Shown here: piece by piece, positions 1 through 13,258 of the stretch
How positions within the stretch are numbered: position 1 is the stretch's first letter
Layout of the letters: each line of letters opens with the position of its first letter
Assembly (NCBI GenBank): GCA_020137815.1
Contig: CM035357.1
Span: 5,022,001-5,086,000 of the forward strand
Direction: 5' to 3'
Length of the DNA stretch: 64,000 bases
From: Hormiphora californensis
Lineage: Eukaryota > Animalia > Ctenophora
Notes under the pieces: generated by a model
The model's database searches: none
Seen by the model: the letters and a program-made list of their open reading frames with translations, nothing else
What the model was told of the DNA's origin: nothing
Translations under genes and position numbers: made by a program

Positions 1-317
1 ATTTTAAAGTTTAGTGTGAACTAACTGCGGGGGCAAAAATGACCAACTGTAATAGTTCGGCAGCTGCTCTACGGAAAATGTTGTGCCTAAACTTTTTATT
101 ACAGTTAACTCATACTGGAACAAGTTGTTGAGTAAGGGGTACTCAACAACACACTGAGTTAGTGAAGTGTGAAATCACTTTTCGACATGACTTCGGCTGG
201 AGTTGAATTTATTTTGTGAAAATTACCCATCACCAGTTTAAAAGATGGGTTAGTTCACCAAAGTCTATCTTCACTTACAAGTGTTTAGATATTAAACAAT
301 ATAAATGTTTAACTTAC

Positions 318-472
318 CCATTTGGACATGTGTCCAGGTGCTCAGATTCACTCGTGTACTCCTCCCCCATAACGCCATGATGGTGAAAGGTGTAGGTTGT
401 ACAAAGCTCCTGGTCGTGTGCATCCATGGCGTGTACCGCCGCACTCCTTTTGCTCGGCGGAGATATCCACAT
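318..472 (-). CDS. Candidate first coding exon (MWISPPSKRSAAVHAMDAH...DTCPNG) of a gene continuing off the left edge
   Basis: ATG at 472, 155 nt open, ends in phase 2 at a consensus GTAAGT donor (317-312); GC-richer than its flanks; same strand as the Kv cluster. No homology recognised. Confidence 0.45.
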
Positions 473-974
473 GGTAACTAGCTGGTTACCATGGTTACCA
501 CTTGTTACCTAGTACCGCTATATAACTAGAACATGAGGGGTAAAGTCAGAATAAGAAGATATGGGTAGGATCAAGAGCGAGCAGGTACGATTAAAAGCAC
601 CTTTAGAAATAGCTGCAATTTCTCATTTACTGAGCACGCTATGATACTATTGTTATAATATTTGCACTAAATATTACAGCTCTGTGCAACCAATCCATTG
701 GATTTATTTCGCATTATATATTGGGATGGTTTACTAAACCAATCAGCTGGTCGTAGCTTTGCGCTGTAAATTGTGGGCCGAAAAAGGGAAAGAAAGGCAC
801 ATCTTATATTCTTCGTATTACAGCTAGAAGGAGATAAGCTTGAAAAATTAGTAGCGAATTGTAACATTTAGTTAGCCCTGTCAAGGCACAAGCAGTATCA
901 TACTGTAGAAATGATCACAAGATCATAACTTCAATACAAAGTCAGCTGGATAGTATAAAGACTGTTCCATTCTT

Positions 975-1118
975 CATGAATATCCTGAAACAGCTAAACT
1001 GGGGGAAGAGGACTAACAAATCCCACCCTCAAACCAGGCCGGGGAAAGGAAACTCTATGGTTCCAACCCTTAATCTCAACCCTTGTAGAGACGGCCTCCA
1101 AGAAGAAGAAGAAGAAGG
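975..1118 (+). mobile_element. Probable 3' end of an RTE-like non-LTR retrotransposon with (AAG)n tail
   Basis: GC-richer stretch ending in ...gagacggcctcc(aag)n; short tandem-repeat tails are typical of RTE-clade LINEs. Confidence 0.3.
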
Positions 1119-1639
1119 CTAGTATAAAGAGGTCAATCAAAGTAGGTACTAGGAATGAAAACTGATACGATCAAAGTAGGAAAAACTGATACGGTTTACA
1201 ACGCTAATAAATAATGGTGACAGACGTGAACAAATGTGCCAATAAAACTACCTGTGTCTCCTCGTTAACTAGTTGTTGTTGTAGATATGTGTGTATGGAT
1301 GTTAGTGTAGGTAAAGAGAGTTAAACAAACAATATATCACTTCCTATATTGTTGGAAGGAACGAGGTCATCGTGCAGTGCCCCTGAACTTTAAATGCAAA
1401 AGAACAAAGCATAATTTGTAGAAAATGTTAATAATCTAATTTGTTAGGACTTAGGTCGGTAATATATTAATTCTTGTGCAGGCGAGGAGGTAAGAAGTTT
1501 TGCAAATTAACGTTCACAGAAATGGGGTGGAAATATATCACAGTGGTAGATGTATGTAAATTGGGGGGATACAATCAACTAATTTTGTGTGTAAAAGTAC
1601 CTACTCACAGTTTGATTTTATTTGGGTAGTGCCGATATT

Positions 1640-2100
1640 CAACTGATTTATGTAGGATTTTGAGAAGGTATGGTAATATATCTTGGGTGACGTGTGTGCT
1701 TTGTGACTTGTGTCCCCTGTTATGTAGTAATCCACCATCCTTCATGCCACACACAACAGATAGAGGGATGGGGATGCTACCAAATACCAATGCCAAGATG
1801 TGTTCAGATTTCATAACATGAAATATGATGTGCATCTTTTGAGAAAAACTGGGCTCAAACAAGGGTCTACGTGGAGCGCTGTTACTTTCTGGTGTAACTC
1901 CGACAGATGGACGATTACCAAGAAAGGGGAATCTGCCGTACAGAGGAAGCAAAAAATGTGATGTGCATCTTATGAGAACATTTCTGTTAAAATATTTTGA
2001 TACATAGCAAGCTTCAACAGCCACATATTATAATTATGTTTGCATATTCTGCACATACTCAAAAAGAACTGAGCAAGATCACGTAAGGACGATATATCTG
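1640..2100 (+). mobile_element. Degenerate LINE reverse-transcriptase fragment
   Basis: Broken plus-strand frames give DFEKVW (cf. DFxKAFD) near 1655 and KTGLKQGSTWSAVTF (cf. GxxQGxxLSPxLF) near 1845, in the expected order and spacing; many stops. Confidence 0.45.
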
Positions 2101-3031
2101 AACGGCTATTTAAAAAAAGCTTTAATAAAATAAAAATGCCTGTAGCTAGGGGTGAGACATATAGGAACGATGAAGGGATTAAAAAAGAAGAAGGCATCTA
2201 TAGAAATGTTCTGCCTCCCTCCTCTATTCTAAGTGTTGACATACACAGCAAAAACACAATGGTCCTGTTCAAGCTAACCCTCTGTGTACAGAGCTCTGCA
2301 TGCCACAATTGTGTGCACGTTACAGACGTCACACACAATATGATATCAATCTTACTAGGTAAGGGAGAGAGGGAGGGGAGAAAGATAAAGATAGAGAGAG
2401 ATATCTATATCATTTAAGGGTAAAGACATAAATTGTTGATATTGACATATTGTTTCCCATGTCTAGATTTGAAACTTCTTTCAATAAGATAAACGGGTAG
2501 TACTACATATCACCGCCGGTACTAATGAAAAAGTATGCGAGTTGCTAAAGTGGCTGCAAGAACTTTTTTAATAGACATTGATTGAGTGCAGCTGGTTGAT
2601 GAAGTGTGAGGTGTACTGCAGTACACGGAACACTGTGTAGAGGACATGTAGTCATTTGTCCTTTACACGTTTCTTATGTTGGCGGAGTTACCTTCACACA
2701 AGCACAGCACTATCATGGCCAACATGACCTAATATTATAGGCCTGACCTATTTCATCTTTGTACCTACCTCGTGTAATTACAGCACATACCATACAAAAA
2801 TATAAAGAACTATAAAAGTGGCTGGAAAATACCCGGTACTATACAAAAATTTAAAGAACTATTTTGACCAAATTTGTAAAATAAAGAAATTTTAAGGCCA
2901 ACTTTTCGTAAAGTGGACGGTCATGACAGTGATATGGCCGGTATGAAATACATTAATCACAAAGTTTAACCCCTTTACAAAAACAATTGCTCCTTCATAA
3001 AATACTCCTTCATAACTAAATCCTTACTTAC

Positions 3032-3216
3032 TCGTTAATTGTGGTCATCATGTTTGTACTGCCAGTATAATCTCCACTAACAACATCCACTGACCCATCT
3101 GCTGTTGCAGAACTACCGTTGTTGAGAAGGTCCGTGGTTGTTTTCCGTCTCGCTTCCATTAAACTTTTTCTTCGGTCCAAGCTGGTTGAACTGGTTCGCA
3201 TGGGAGTTGCCTTCAT
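3032..3216 (-). CDS. Candidate first coding exon (MKATPMRTSSTSLDRRKSLMEARRK...TTIN) of a gene continuing off the left edge
   Basis: Acceptor ctctttag at 3236, ATG at 3216, 185 nt open, phase-2 GTAAGT donor at 3031; lies in ORF 3028..3297. Confidence 0.5.
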
Positions 3217-4045
3217 TCTTTCGGTGTTTTTATTGCTAAAGAAGAGATAGATCGAATTACTGGTTATACGGATTGACGGTTGACCAAAGCCTGACACAAT
3301 TTGGTTAAAATTAAGTTAGTTTTTACTGAATTTAAACCTAAGTTCAATAGCAAAATAACCAAATTTTGTCACGCGGGGAGGGAGGGTCGAACAAGGAAAC
3401 TTGATTATGTCGTTAGTCGACCACAATTTGAAAAAAATAACGAGAGTTCCTATGATTCAACTAGCTGGTATTGCCACATATTATAAATCATTGGTCAAAC
3501 AAATCAAAACAAATCAAACAAAGCCGTCCGTTCCTCCGCAAATTGGCAAAAAATTCAAAACAATCAGGAAGATTCTAGATAGTCATTACCAGGGTTCAAG
3601 AAATTCAGTGCTCGATTTAGAAGCAATCTTCAAACCAATTTCTCACGGGAACAGTTTCTGATTGATTGGGACACACATCATGGTGCATGATGTTAAAATT
3701 ACAGCAGGTTGACACATACAGGGGTTGGGGTGCAGTGACAAAATATCATTAGAATTATTTTTAAATACAGCTCGAGTCAACTCAGCTGTATACTGGGTTT
3801 ACAACATAACAGCTAAAATTAAATGTAGGCCATGAAAGTTTAGTTGATATATGCCGAATGATGTATAAACAAGTGTGTAGCCTAAACAAGTGTGTAGCCT
3901 AAACAAGACAAACGAACATGATGATATACAGCAGGTGTGTTTTTGTGTGGAATGTTCAAAAGATTGCATTGCAGGTTACAGGACTAGCAGTTCAGAGCGG
4001 AAATGGTCATCAACTATTGGGTCAAGGTTGAGTTTTACAACCAAT

Positions 4046-4304
4046 TCTCTCTCTCTATCTCTCTCTTTCTCTCTCTCTCTCTTTCTGTCTTTCTCTCTCT
4101 TTCTCTCTTTCTTTCTATCTTTCTCTATCTCTCTCTCTCTCTCGCTCTCTCTCCCTCTCTTACTGTATTCCTCTCTCTCTCTCTTACTCTATTCCTCTTT
4201 CTGTTTCATTTTCCTTTTTCTACATCCCTATCTCCAAAAAATGAGAGAAAATGAGAGACGGAGAAAAAGCGAGAGAGAAAGTTAAAATGAGAGAGAGAGA
4301 GAGA

Positions 4305-4395
<91 letters not shown>
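4046..4395. repeat. (CT)n-rich tract followed by (GA)n microsatellite
   Basis: Directly visible dinucleotide repeats. Confidence 0.95.
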
Positions 4396-4494
4396 GGGGG
4401 GTGATGGTAAGATTTAGAATATCATGCAGAACTAATAGGGGAAACTTAATCAAAACTAAAAACATCCTTATTGCCCAATTTGATAACTTCAGCG

Positions 4495-4583
4495 AAATTA
4501 ACCATTCACTATTCCGCCTGATCAAATTTCTTGGTTAACTTAACCAATAAATTTGATCAGGCGGAATAGTGAATGGTTAATTT
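4495..4583. repeat. Near-perfect ~89 bp hairpin
   Basis: aaattaaccattcactattccgcctgatcaaattt...aaatttgatcaggcggaatagtgaatggttaattt. Confidence 0.85.
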
Positions 4584-5580
4584 TGTTTTACAAGACGTGT
4601 TGCTCTTGGTAATTCTCCCAGCCGATGTTAGTGTAGTGCCACAGCTTAACCCAAGGTTCCTGTACATTTATCAAACAGCAATTATGTGGGCTGCAATTAT
4701 AAGGCTCGGAAATGGACAATCAATAAATGACCAATTAGAGAAATGGAATGGGTTCAATCCATCACCGGTAAATCGGGATCTGACTGCAGTACAGGACAGA
4801 GGACTTCCTGAAGTCGATATAATTAAGGCATCGAGCCTAAACCTAAAAACCAGAAGATGGTATTTTGAGCAATTTTCTTCCTTAAAGTTAAATATAAAAC
4901 CTACCTATAATTAGTCATTGTATGAACCAATTTACAATATCTTTTCTACCCATCATTCATAGAGGAACAATTAAGATCAATCAATTTTCCTAAGTGTAAA
5001 ATACTTGATCTGCCGGACCCTCACAGAGTGCACCCCACACTCGCACTGTGGTGTTATTTTATGAGATTTAACATTTAAACATTTAAGCACGGGAGAACCA
5101 AGTGAACTAGAAAACGTATACTTTTTACCTGATATATATGGTCTGTGGTCCTCAAAGGGTTAAACTTAGCTGGTTTTGGTACACTTATCCGGGGTTTCGG
5201 TTTGGTAAAGAAATTACCCCTCAAGCTCATCGCGAGCTAAGCGGAATAGGGGTGACTTCGTAACCAATATTTTGGTGTCCTGGTTAGTTACAAATTACAA
5301 TCAGATAATTAACAATCTGTTCTTCCTGGGCCTTTTATTGAAAACTTCGATGACTCAGTTATTGGTTTGTAAGTCTGAAATAAAATACACAATTTTACAC
5401 AAATTATATACTTCTCAGTTTAGAGATTACTCACAAAATAAATCATTAAATACTAATCACAAACCATCATCTTTCGCTAATACATATATCAAATCTATCC
5501 GCACATCAAAGACTAAATGCATCGTTGTTGTATAATTCCAAACTATAACTCTCAAAATTGAAATAAATGAAACTTAATTG

Positions 5581-7717
5581 TTATACCGTTGTCTGTTCAA
5601 CATCACTAGCGTGCGATGTATTATTATTTAACTGTCGCAATCTACCCAGCCTAGGAGATGCTGACGTAAATTTATGGCTCTTAACCACGTTCACCACTTT
5701 TTTGTACGATTTCCATCGAGAGGGCTTTTTGACTAGATTTTGCTCATCCAGGAAGCCGTAAGCCACTCCGCAATACTCCGGGATGTGATACGGCAGCTCA
5801 TCTCCCCAACCGTCCTCAATTGTGGCGTAAACTTTTGATTTCCTGATTCTATATCTCATGAATTTGTTAAAGTTGGTGATAATGAGAGGAAAAGGAAGGG
5901 AGATGACGAGGATGCCCGTCAAAGCACAGAGACTCCCAACTACCTTTCCAAGGGGTGTCTTGGGGACATAGTCACCATAACCCACGGTTGACATGGTAAC
6001 GATACTCCACCAGAAACCAGCGATGACACTATCAAATTGGTTATCGTCTTTATTCGCCTCGCATTCCTCTTTAGTTGCACAACTATCAGTAAAGTACACC
6101 AGACTACTAAATAGAACCACGAATGTTGCCAGCATGAGGCAGAGGAGTAACAGTTCGCCAGCACTTGCCGAAACCGCCCTTCCCAAGGCAAATAACCCTT
6201 GGAAATATCGGGATATTTTGAAAATCCTGACGATTCGTATTGTTCTAAAAAACCGAAGGATGGTGAGGTATGGTTTAGTGTTTTTCAGCACCAGGTCCAT
6301 ATAAAAAGGGAGAATGGCAAGGATATCCAGCCAGTTGAGGGGTGATTTAGCGAAATCGAACTTGCTGGGACATGAGAAGAGTCGGAGAACGTAGACCACG
6401 GTGAACCATGCTATACTGCAGACCTCCATCCACCCTAATAAATTCACTATCCATCCAACTCTGAAAGGATATTGATCTAGTTAGTTTAAATCTAATCTGA
6501 TTTAAAAAGTTTTTGATTGAGATAAGATGACGAGATGGTGGGTTTTAGCCAGTTGAGTAGAAAATTAAATAGTCTAAATAAGACAAAGTAAAGCCCGAAG
6601 GTATTTTTGCTATGATTTCCTTACGATATGCTCCCGATAAGGTCTTTGCTGTAGTCAGTTGCCAGCCGGATATTCGGAAGTGACTCGGCACACTGGGCGA
6701 TCACAGCTAGAATGATAACAATTTGGTCGAGGTATCCAATGAGCTTTGCAGGAAGACTCGAGTTTGGTTCATCCAACAACTAAGAAATGGAAATGTGAAT
6801 TAATAGATAAACTCAAAATAGTTTTCCTTCTAAACGATAAAAAGCAAAACCCTTCTCCGTTCTCGATCCCAATGGCCGATGTAGTACCCAATAAATCGAG
6901 AGTTCTAGTACACTTTTACGATATGAAAATGAGCAGTTTGCGTACGCTGCATGCTCTTCTAACGAGCGGGAGTGCGCCGAGGGGACTTATAACACATGCC
7001 AAAATCAGCAGCAAAACTCTAGAACCTACTTACCAGCCATATTTTCTTTTGAATTGGAAAGGTAAAAACGTCATCTGGGATCCCGGCCCCTCCTTGAGTA
7101 ATGTGCCCAACTGCATTGAATCTCTTTACAACGCGTTCATCCATCTAGAACACGTGGAAAAATAATTACCTGGCATAATACTAATGAAATGACTTTAATA
7201 AAATGAGTAAAAGTAAAAGAATAAAATGGTTTAAAAGATCTACACTCTACAGAGCCTTAATTCTCTTGAATTTTGTAATTCACCACTCTCTTCCTATTAT
7301 GAACCTACCTTGAAGAATTTCAGCTCTTCCACGAAGATGTCAGGGTTCACGGAGGCGGGGAGACACATTATCCCCGCTGATTGATAATAATACATTATCT
7401 GCTCGAAGGCGCTACGGGATCGATCAAAGAAGTACTCTTGCAGTTCAGGAACGTAGAATTCCTCGATCTCTGGTGAGCCTATTGAAGAAGAGGGGTGTTA
7501 AGGGTGAGAAGTGAGAACTGGACCCGAACTGAAACGAGAATGGAAACACATAATTTTAGAAGGACAAAAACAAGTCAGATGGCTCGTCTGTTTTCTTACC
7601 AAGGAGAGTTTTTGGAAATCGTTTCAGGGTGCTTCGTCTCGTCTGGAACTTGAGGCCCCCAACGTTGATGGTGACGAAATCATCCCGGTCCCCATCACCA
7701 CCCGACGGCAATGGCAT
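5581..7717 (-). CDS. Voltage-gated K+ channel, Shaker/Kv1 family (Kv-A), 5 coding exons, ~477 aa
   Basis: Exons 7717-7600, 7478-7309, 7144-7034, 6779-6625, 6460-5581, all GT-AG and phase-consistent (1434 nt). T1 domain (TINVGGLKFQT...EYFFDR), S4 RFFRTIRIVRIFKISR, pore WWSIVTMSTVGYGD, S6 LPFP; in-frame TGA upstream of the ATG. Confidence 0.93.
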
Positions 7718-8188
7718 GCCGCCCCAGATATATCAAGGAATCCCCAGTGCTAGAACTTAGCTACAAAGGATGGGGAGAGGGGAATGATAAGTTGACAACG
7801 AGGCACAGCAAAATAAATATAAAAGAGGGTCGCTATAAATGGAACATGTGCTTTTTTAATCAAATAAACAATTGTTTATCATTATAATAATTAAAAATGT
7901 AAGGAACGAATTGGATAGAGAGGGAAAATGAAGATTAAAGATGGAGTCAATATAACTGCATCTAAGTGTTGCATGTTATATAATATATGTGGGCTTGACT
8001 CTTAGGCCACTGCTAAGACCGATTATCTGGTCAACACGCCATAACGATTGCTAACGGGTATACTTGTCGAGTATGTTTTATAAAAACAGGAAACCAAACT
8101 CGCCTATGCGAAGAATTGATAGATGGTGGAAGGGAAGGTATTGGAGGGAATCGAGAATCTTGCATGACGCATTGACCGCTGTGTAGAT

Positions 8189-8510
<322 letters not shown>

Positions 8511-8652
8511 GATAATGGCAATACGTGCGGTTGTGTGTGACCAAGTAAGAGAAAAAGGGAGGGTGAGTGAGAGAGAAAGGCTAAGGAGAGATAAGAGAGA
8601 GAAAGGAAGACAGATGCAATTGAAAATAGAAGTGATCAAAAATCAGTGTTAA

Positions 8653-9322
8653 AGTAAGAGTGGCGCGCCGTGTTCTCTCACAAAACTTAGTGGATGAACG
8701 GGGAGTACCACCAGGACCATTGGTACGGTATCGAAAATTTCCAATTCTGTCTCGTTCATTAGTTATGACGTAATATGTTCATTATTTCAACTTTCATAAA
8801 ATTGCTCTACAGAAAAATCTGTGCATTGTGGATTGAAATGGATGCTCGCATCGTGTTCAGCGTCAAAAAATAGTCGGGGTACCAAATTTTGGTGTCTCTA
8901 CCTTGTCTGTGACGCGAGATATCGACAATTATCAAAAACGACCAAAATGGGTGAGAGAGAGATTGTTACTTTTGGGTGCTAGTTGTTTGTGCGCGCCACC
9001 CAAAAGTAACAAACTCTCTTTCTCTCACTTTGGTCGTTTTTTATATTTGTCAATATCTCGCGTCACAGACAAGGTAGAGACACCAAAATTTGGTACCCCG
9101 ACTATTTTTTGACGCTGAATACGATGCGAGCATCCATTTCAATCCACAATGCACAGATTTTTCTGTAGAGCAATTTTATGAAAGTTGAAATAATGAACAT
9201 ATTACGTCATAACTAATGAACGAGACAGAATTGGAAATTTTCGATACCATACCAATGGTCCTGGTGGTACTCCCCGTTCATCCACTAAGTTTTGTGAGAA
9301 AACACGGCGCACCACTCTTACT
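8653..9322. mobile_element. Foldback MITE, Kolobok-like (TTAA TSD, AG...CT termini)
   Basis: ~325 bp near-identical inverted arms with a ~20 bp spacer; TTAA at 8649-8652 and 9323-9326. Confidence 0.85.
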
Positions 9323-10789
9323 TTAACCTCACGTTTTGTCTTGCAGTTTTTCTGCAACAATTCTTGCCCGATGTAAAAGTAGAACCAAGCTATGAAAGAG
9401 AAAGAGCACTGGCCCACCTTACTAAGAGACAAGAGTGTTTAGTCTCATTTGCATCCAGACTTACTACAAATTTGCAGTGTTACTTTTAAATCTCATGTTT
9501 AATTCAAACCATTCAGGGATTTTTGGTCCATACAAAAAAAGGGTAAACTTAAAATATTCATTGAATATTTTAAATCCAGTGAATGATCAGTATCCAGGAT
9601 AGCCATAGGTTTATACATTTATTCATAAAACAATCTTAGACGTTTTAGACGCATATCTGAACTTTATTTCTTCTAACAAAAAGTCTCTGATCGTCGAATT
9701 GCAAGAATATCAGCGATAATGAATTGGCCAGGTCTATTCAGTTCAATCACTGTAACTATACTGTAATTTCAGGTCTACAATATGATTACGATAAACTGAG
9801 CAAGATCTATCAATGAAAGCAATGAAACTGGTGTATATTTCATGCTCTATGAGGGTTCTGTAGAGCAATGAAACTGTTGTGCTGTTGCACCTCCCCCGCG
9901 CCCCCCGTATAGTATAAACAATACAATGAAACTGATGCTGCTCACTATAACGCTCCCCCCCCCCTCACCACATGATGGCCCCTTTGAAAGAATTATCGTT
10001 CCTTGTCAAGTTACCCCACATGGAGCGTAAAGCATACTATAATACATACCCAGCATATTATATATAAGGGTGATAGGGACTGACAATAAAGAATGGGAAG
10101 AGAGGAGAAGTCAGAAGGGTACAAGATAATCTACGTAGGCACCGTATATAATATTCACCAAGACAAAGCAAGGTTCCGTGCCCTGTGGTCACTTAGTCTG
10201 GGTTGAATCCCAGCCACAGTTTACCATATATAATATCACCTCACACCGCAGCTCTGCAATCTAAAAGTGAGTACTGCCCCTCGTGAGTGCCCCTCTTTAT
10301 ATAATATCAGCTTGTACGGAATTAATAGGGAAAGTATGATGAAGAAAAAATGGAAGCTATCCCCGGAATTAAAAGTGAAACTATAGTGAACTGAGATGGC
10401 TATCTAGGGAATTAATAGGGGAAACTATGAAGTAAGATGGCCATTATACCGGTCTCAATCGGGCTAATGAAATGGAAAAAGCGAGGGACAAGCTGATTCA
10501 AAGATTCAAAAGGGACATGTTTTAATGAAACTGCACATGGCTATCTAATAATGGAACAAAGAAGAAGATACTGAAATGTTGTCGCACAAAAGACTACCAT
10601 CTTCGAACCGGAGAGCCTATGACGACTGAAATTGGAAATAGTCGGTATTTCCGAGGATAATACAGCACACGTAATACATGAGACAAAGGGACAAGAAGCA
10701 GCTGCAGCTGCTGCACTGGTATTGTATTCGAGCGATCTTACTTGCCAAATGTAAATCATACTCGTGATCATACTATCTTTCTCACTCAA

Positions 10790-11050
<261 letters not shown>

Positions 11051-11584
11051 CCTCCTTATATCTTTCTTTCACGTGCCCAATTTCATATTGGTATAGGATC
11101 GTGGCACAAGTATCGAAGTCGATGCCAATATCGAGACTACAGCCTGTGCACACGATTCTGTTATTTAAAAATAACCTAAACCACGGCAGATCATTACCCT
11201 ACTTTTTACACTCAGAGAACAGTGAGATCGTCAGTAAATTTTTACTCTCGCTCCTCATTTTTTATTCAGCTCTCTCTCTAGTCTCTAGTATTTCTTCTCA
11301 CAAACTCATTCGTCCGAACGCATGTTTTATACATCATTCTTACAATGGCTTTCTCCTTTGAGGCTACAAAAAGCTATAAAAAAGGATTTATACACTCGTC
11401 GTTGTTCTCAGACCCCTCAATGATGATAAAAGTATTATCCTCCTCCTTTAGTTCAAGGGTGCTTCACTGCATCAAAGCTACCACCAGCTTCCCCGTGACA
11501 ACAAAGAAATCCCACAAACAGTACACTAAATACAAGTTTCTCTGTTTCCTCACGTCATACTAGCTGCCACGCTCTCGTTTTCCC

Positions 11585-11670
<86 letters not shown>

Positions 11671-12526
11671 GATTTGCTCTTCCACAAAACTTCTCTTTTT
11701 GTCTAACTCTCCCCCTCACACCCATTTACTCCATGAATCGCGATCGTGATCTTTTGAAGCTCCAAGCAGGAAACTATTACAAGAATGAAAAGCCTGTGCA
11801 ATGTCTCCCTATACTATGGCAATAAGAACTTAAATATTGTGGTTCTTAGAAGAAGTTACTTGATGCGCCATGATCTGCTCCAAAATATCCCACGCTTCAA
11901 ATGATGTTACTATATAGCGAAGATCACGACGTAGGGTACTGCAGCAGTACAGTGCTTAGTAAACGGAAGCAAAACAATTAGTAGCTTGACCCTGGCAATG
12001 GCTCATATCCCACTCGTTATCTATCTCTCTCTCTCTCTCTCTTGCTCTCTTTCTCTCTTGCTCTCACTGTGGTTCGGATTCGAGGACCAGCGCAAACTGC
12101 AAGCACACACATATACAAGGACAGTGAAGCCTTCGTGGGAATGAAATTCATGAATCCGCAATGCATAAGCGACAACAGATGCATAGACAGGTAGCAGCTA
12201 GGGGGTGTGAACAGAGCTCTCACAGAGCTCTCACAGAGCGTACTATGTCGACTCAGCTGTTTTCAATTTTTCTCTTTTAAACTTGCAGTCGAGTTTAGAA
12301 GAAAAAAGTCATGATTCTTTCTCTAGAATCTAAATGGAGAGAAAACTCTTGTTATTCATTCTCTATCTATTCCACTGTCCACACATGCTTTTAGCTCTCC
12401 CTCTCTTTTCCCTCTCTATCTAAATTTAAATCAGTGCCTGCAAGTGAGAATGAACGACCTAAACGGTGTATACTTGTTACAAATGATTTCTATCACAGTA
12501 CCTCTTCTGCACATAGTCCAACGTGC

Positions 12527-12651
12527 CTTGCTCGACCCTGTTTCACCGCGCCCTGCACGGGAAACAAATGTAAAGAAGGGTTAGTACATAACAACATCTG
12601 CATCCAACTTGTTTTATTCACTCGGGGCCCAGTGAGACAGGGTCCAACAAG
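12527..12651. mobile_element. Small degenerate MITE
   Basis: Imperfect TIRs cttgctcgaccctgtttcac / gtgagacagggtccaacaag; related partial copy at ~16667-16726 (ctgcacgggaaacaaat...acataacaa). Confidence 0.45.
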
Positions 12652-13258
12652 CTGCAACATTCAACCACTCGAGATATAACGGACAAAACAAGTTTAAAAA
12701 CAAAATGACCATTGAACTGCCTGAGCAGCATTAGTGCATTAACTAGTGCATTAGTTAGTGCATTTGTTAGTGCATTTGCTAGCGCATGACTGCCTTCTAT
12801 TCGGGTAGATGTGTTGGCCTGTAAATCTTCAGAAATTCAATTTTGGTCTTTCCTTCAATAGAAAACCTACCGTGCTACTCAAAGTAGGACGGGAGGTTTT
12901 CTAGCACTCTGAAAAATCTATCCTTCAAAATGAAATTTTGAATTTAAAAGAAATTTATTCAAAGCTGAAAGATTGAAGGAGATTGTTCATAGCTCCTCTT
13001 AATTACTGATCCACTCCTAGCCTCGCGTGTTCATTCCCTCGCCTCTCTCCACTGTATTTATATCACCTCTTTCTCACTTTCTATCACCTCTCATTCTCTC
13101 TCTTCATTGTAAATCAGCTGATTGTAACAAGGTTGAAAGAGCGTCAAATGGCAATTAAACAGAAGCAGGGCATTTGATAAAGCATGTATCACAATCATTC
13201 TTCATGTTAAAGCAGTTACAGGCATGGTTATTTTTTAACTCAGTAATTCATATATATA

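Noticed and set aside
3890-4538. ORFs rich in SLSLSL/ERERER (also near 8.0-8.6, 10.7-11.2, 21.3, 37-39, 43, 48, 52, 58 and 61 kb)
   Set aside because: Translations of (CT)n/(GA)n microsatellites, not genes.
5010-5163. piggyBac-like end (aaagggTTAA)
   Set aside because: No convincing matching opposite terminus or TSD found.
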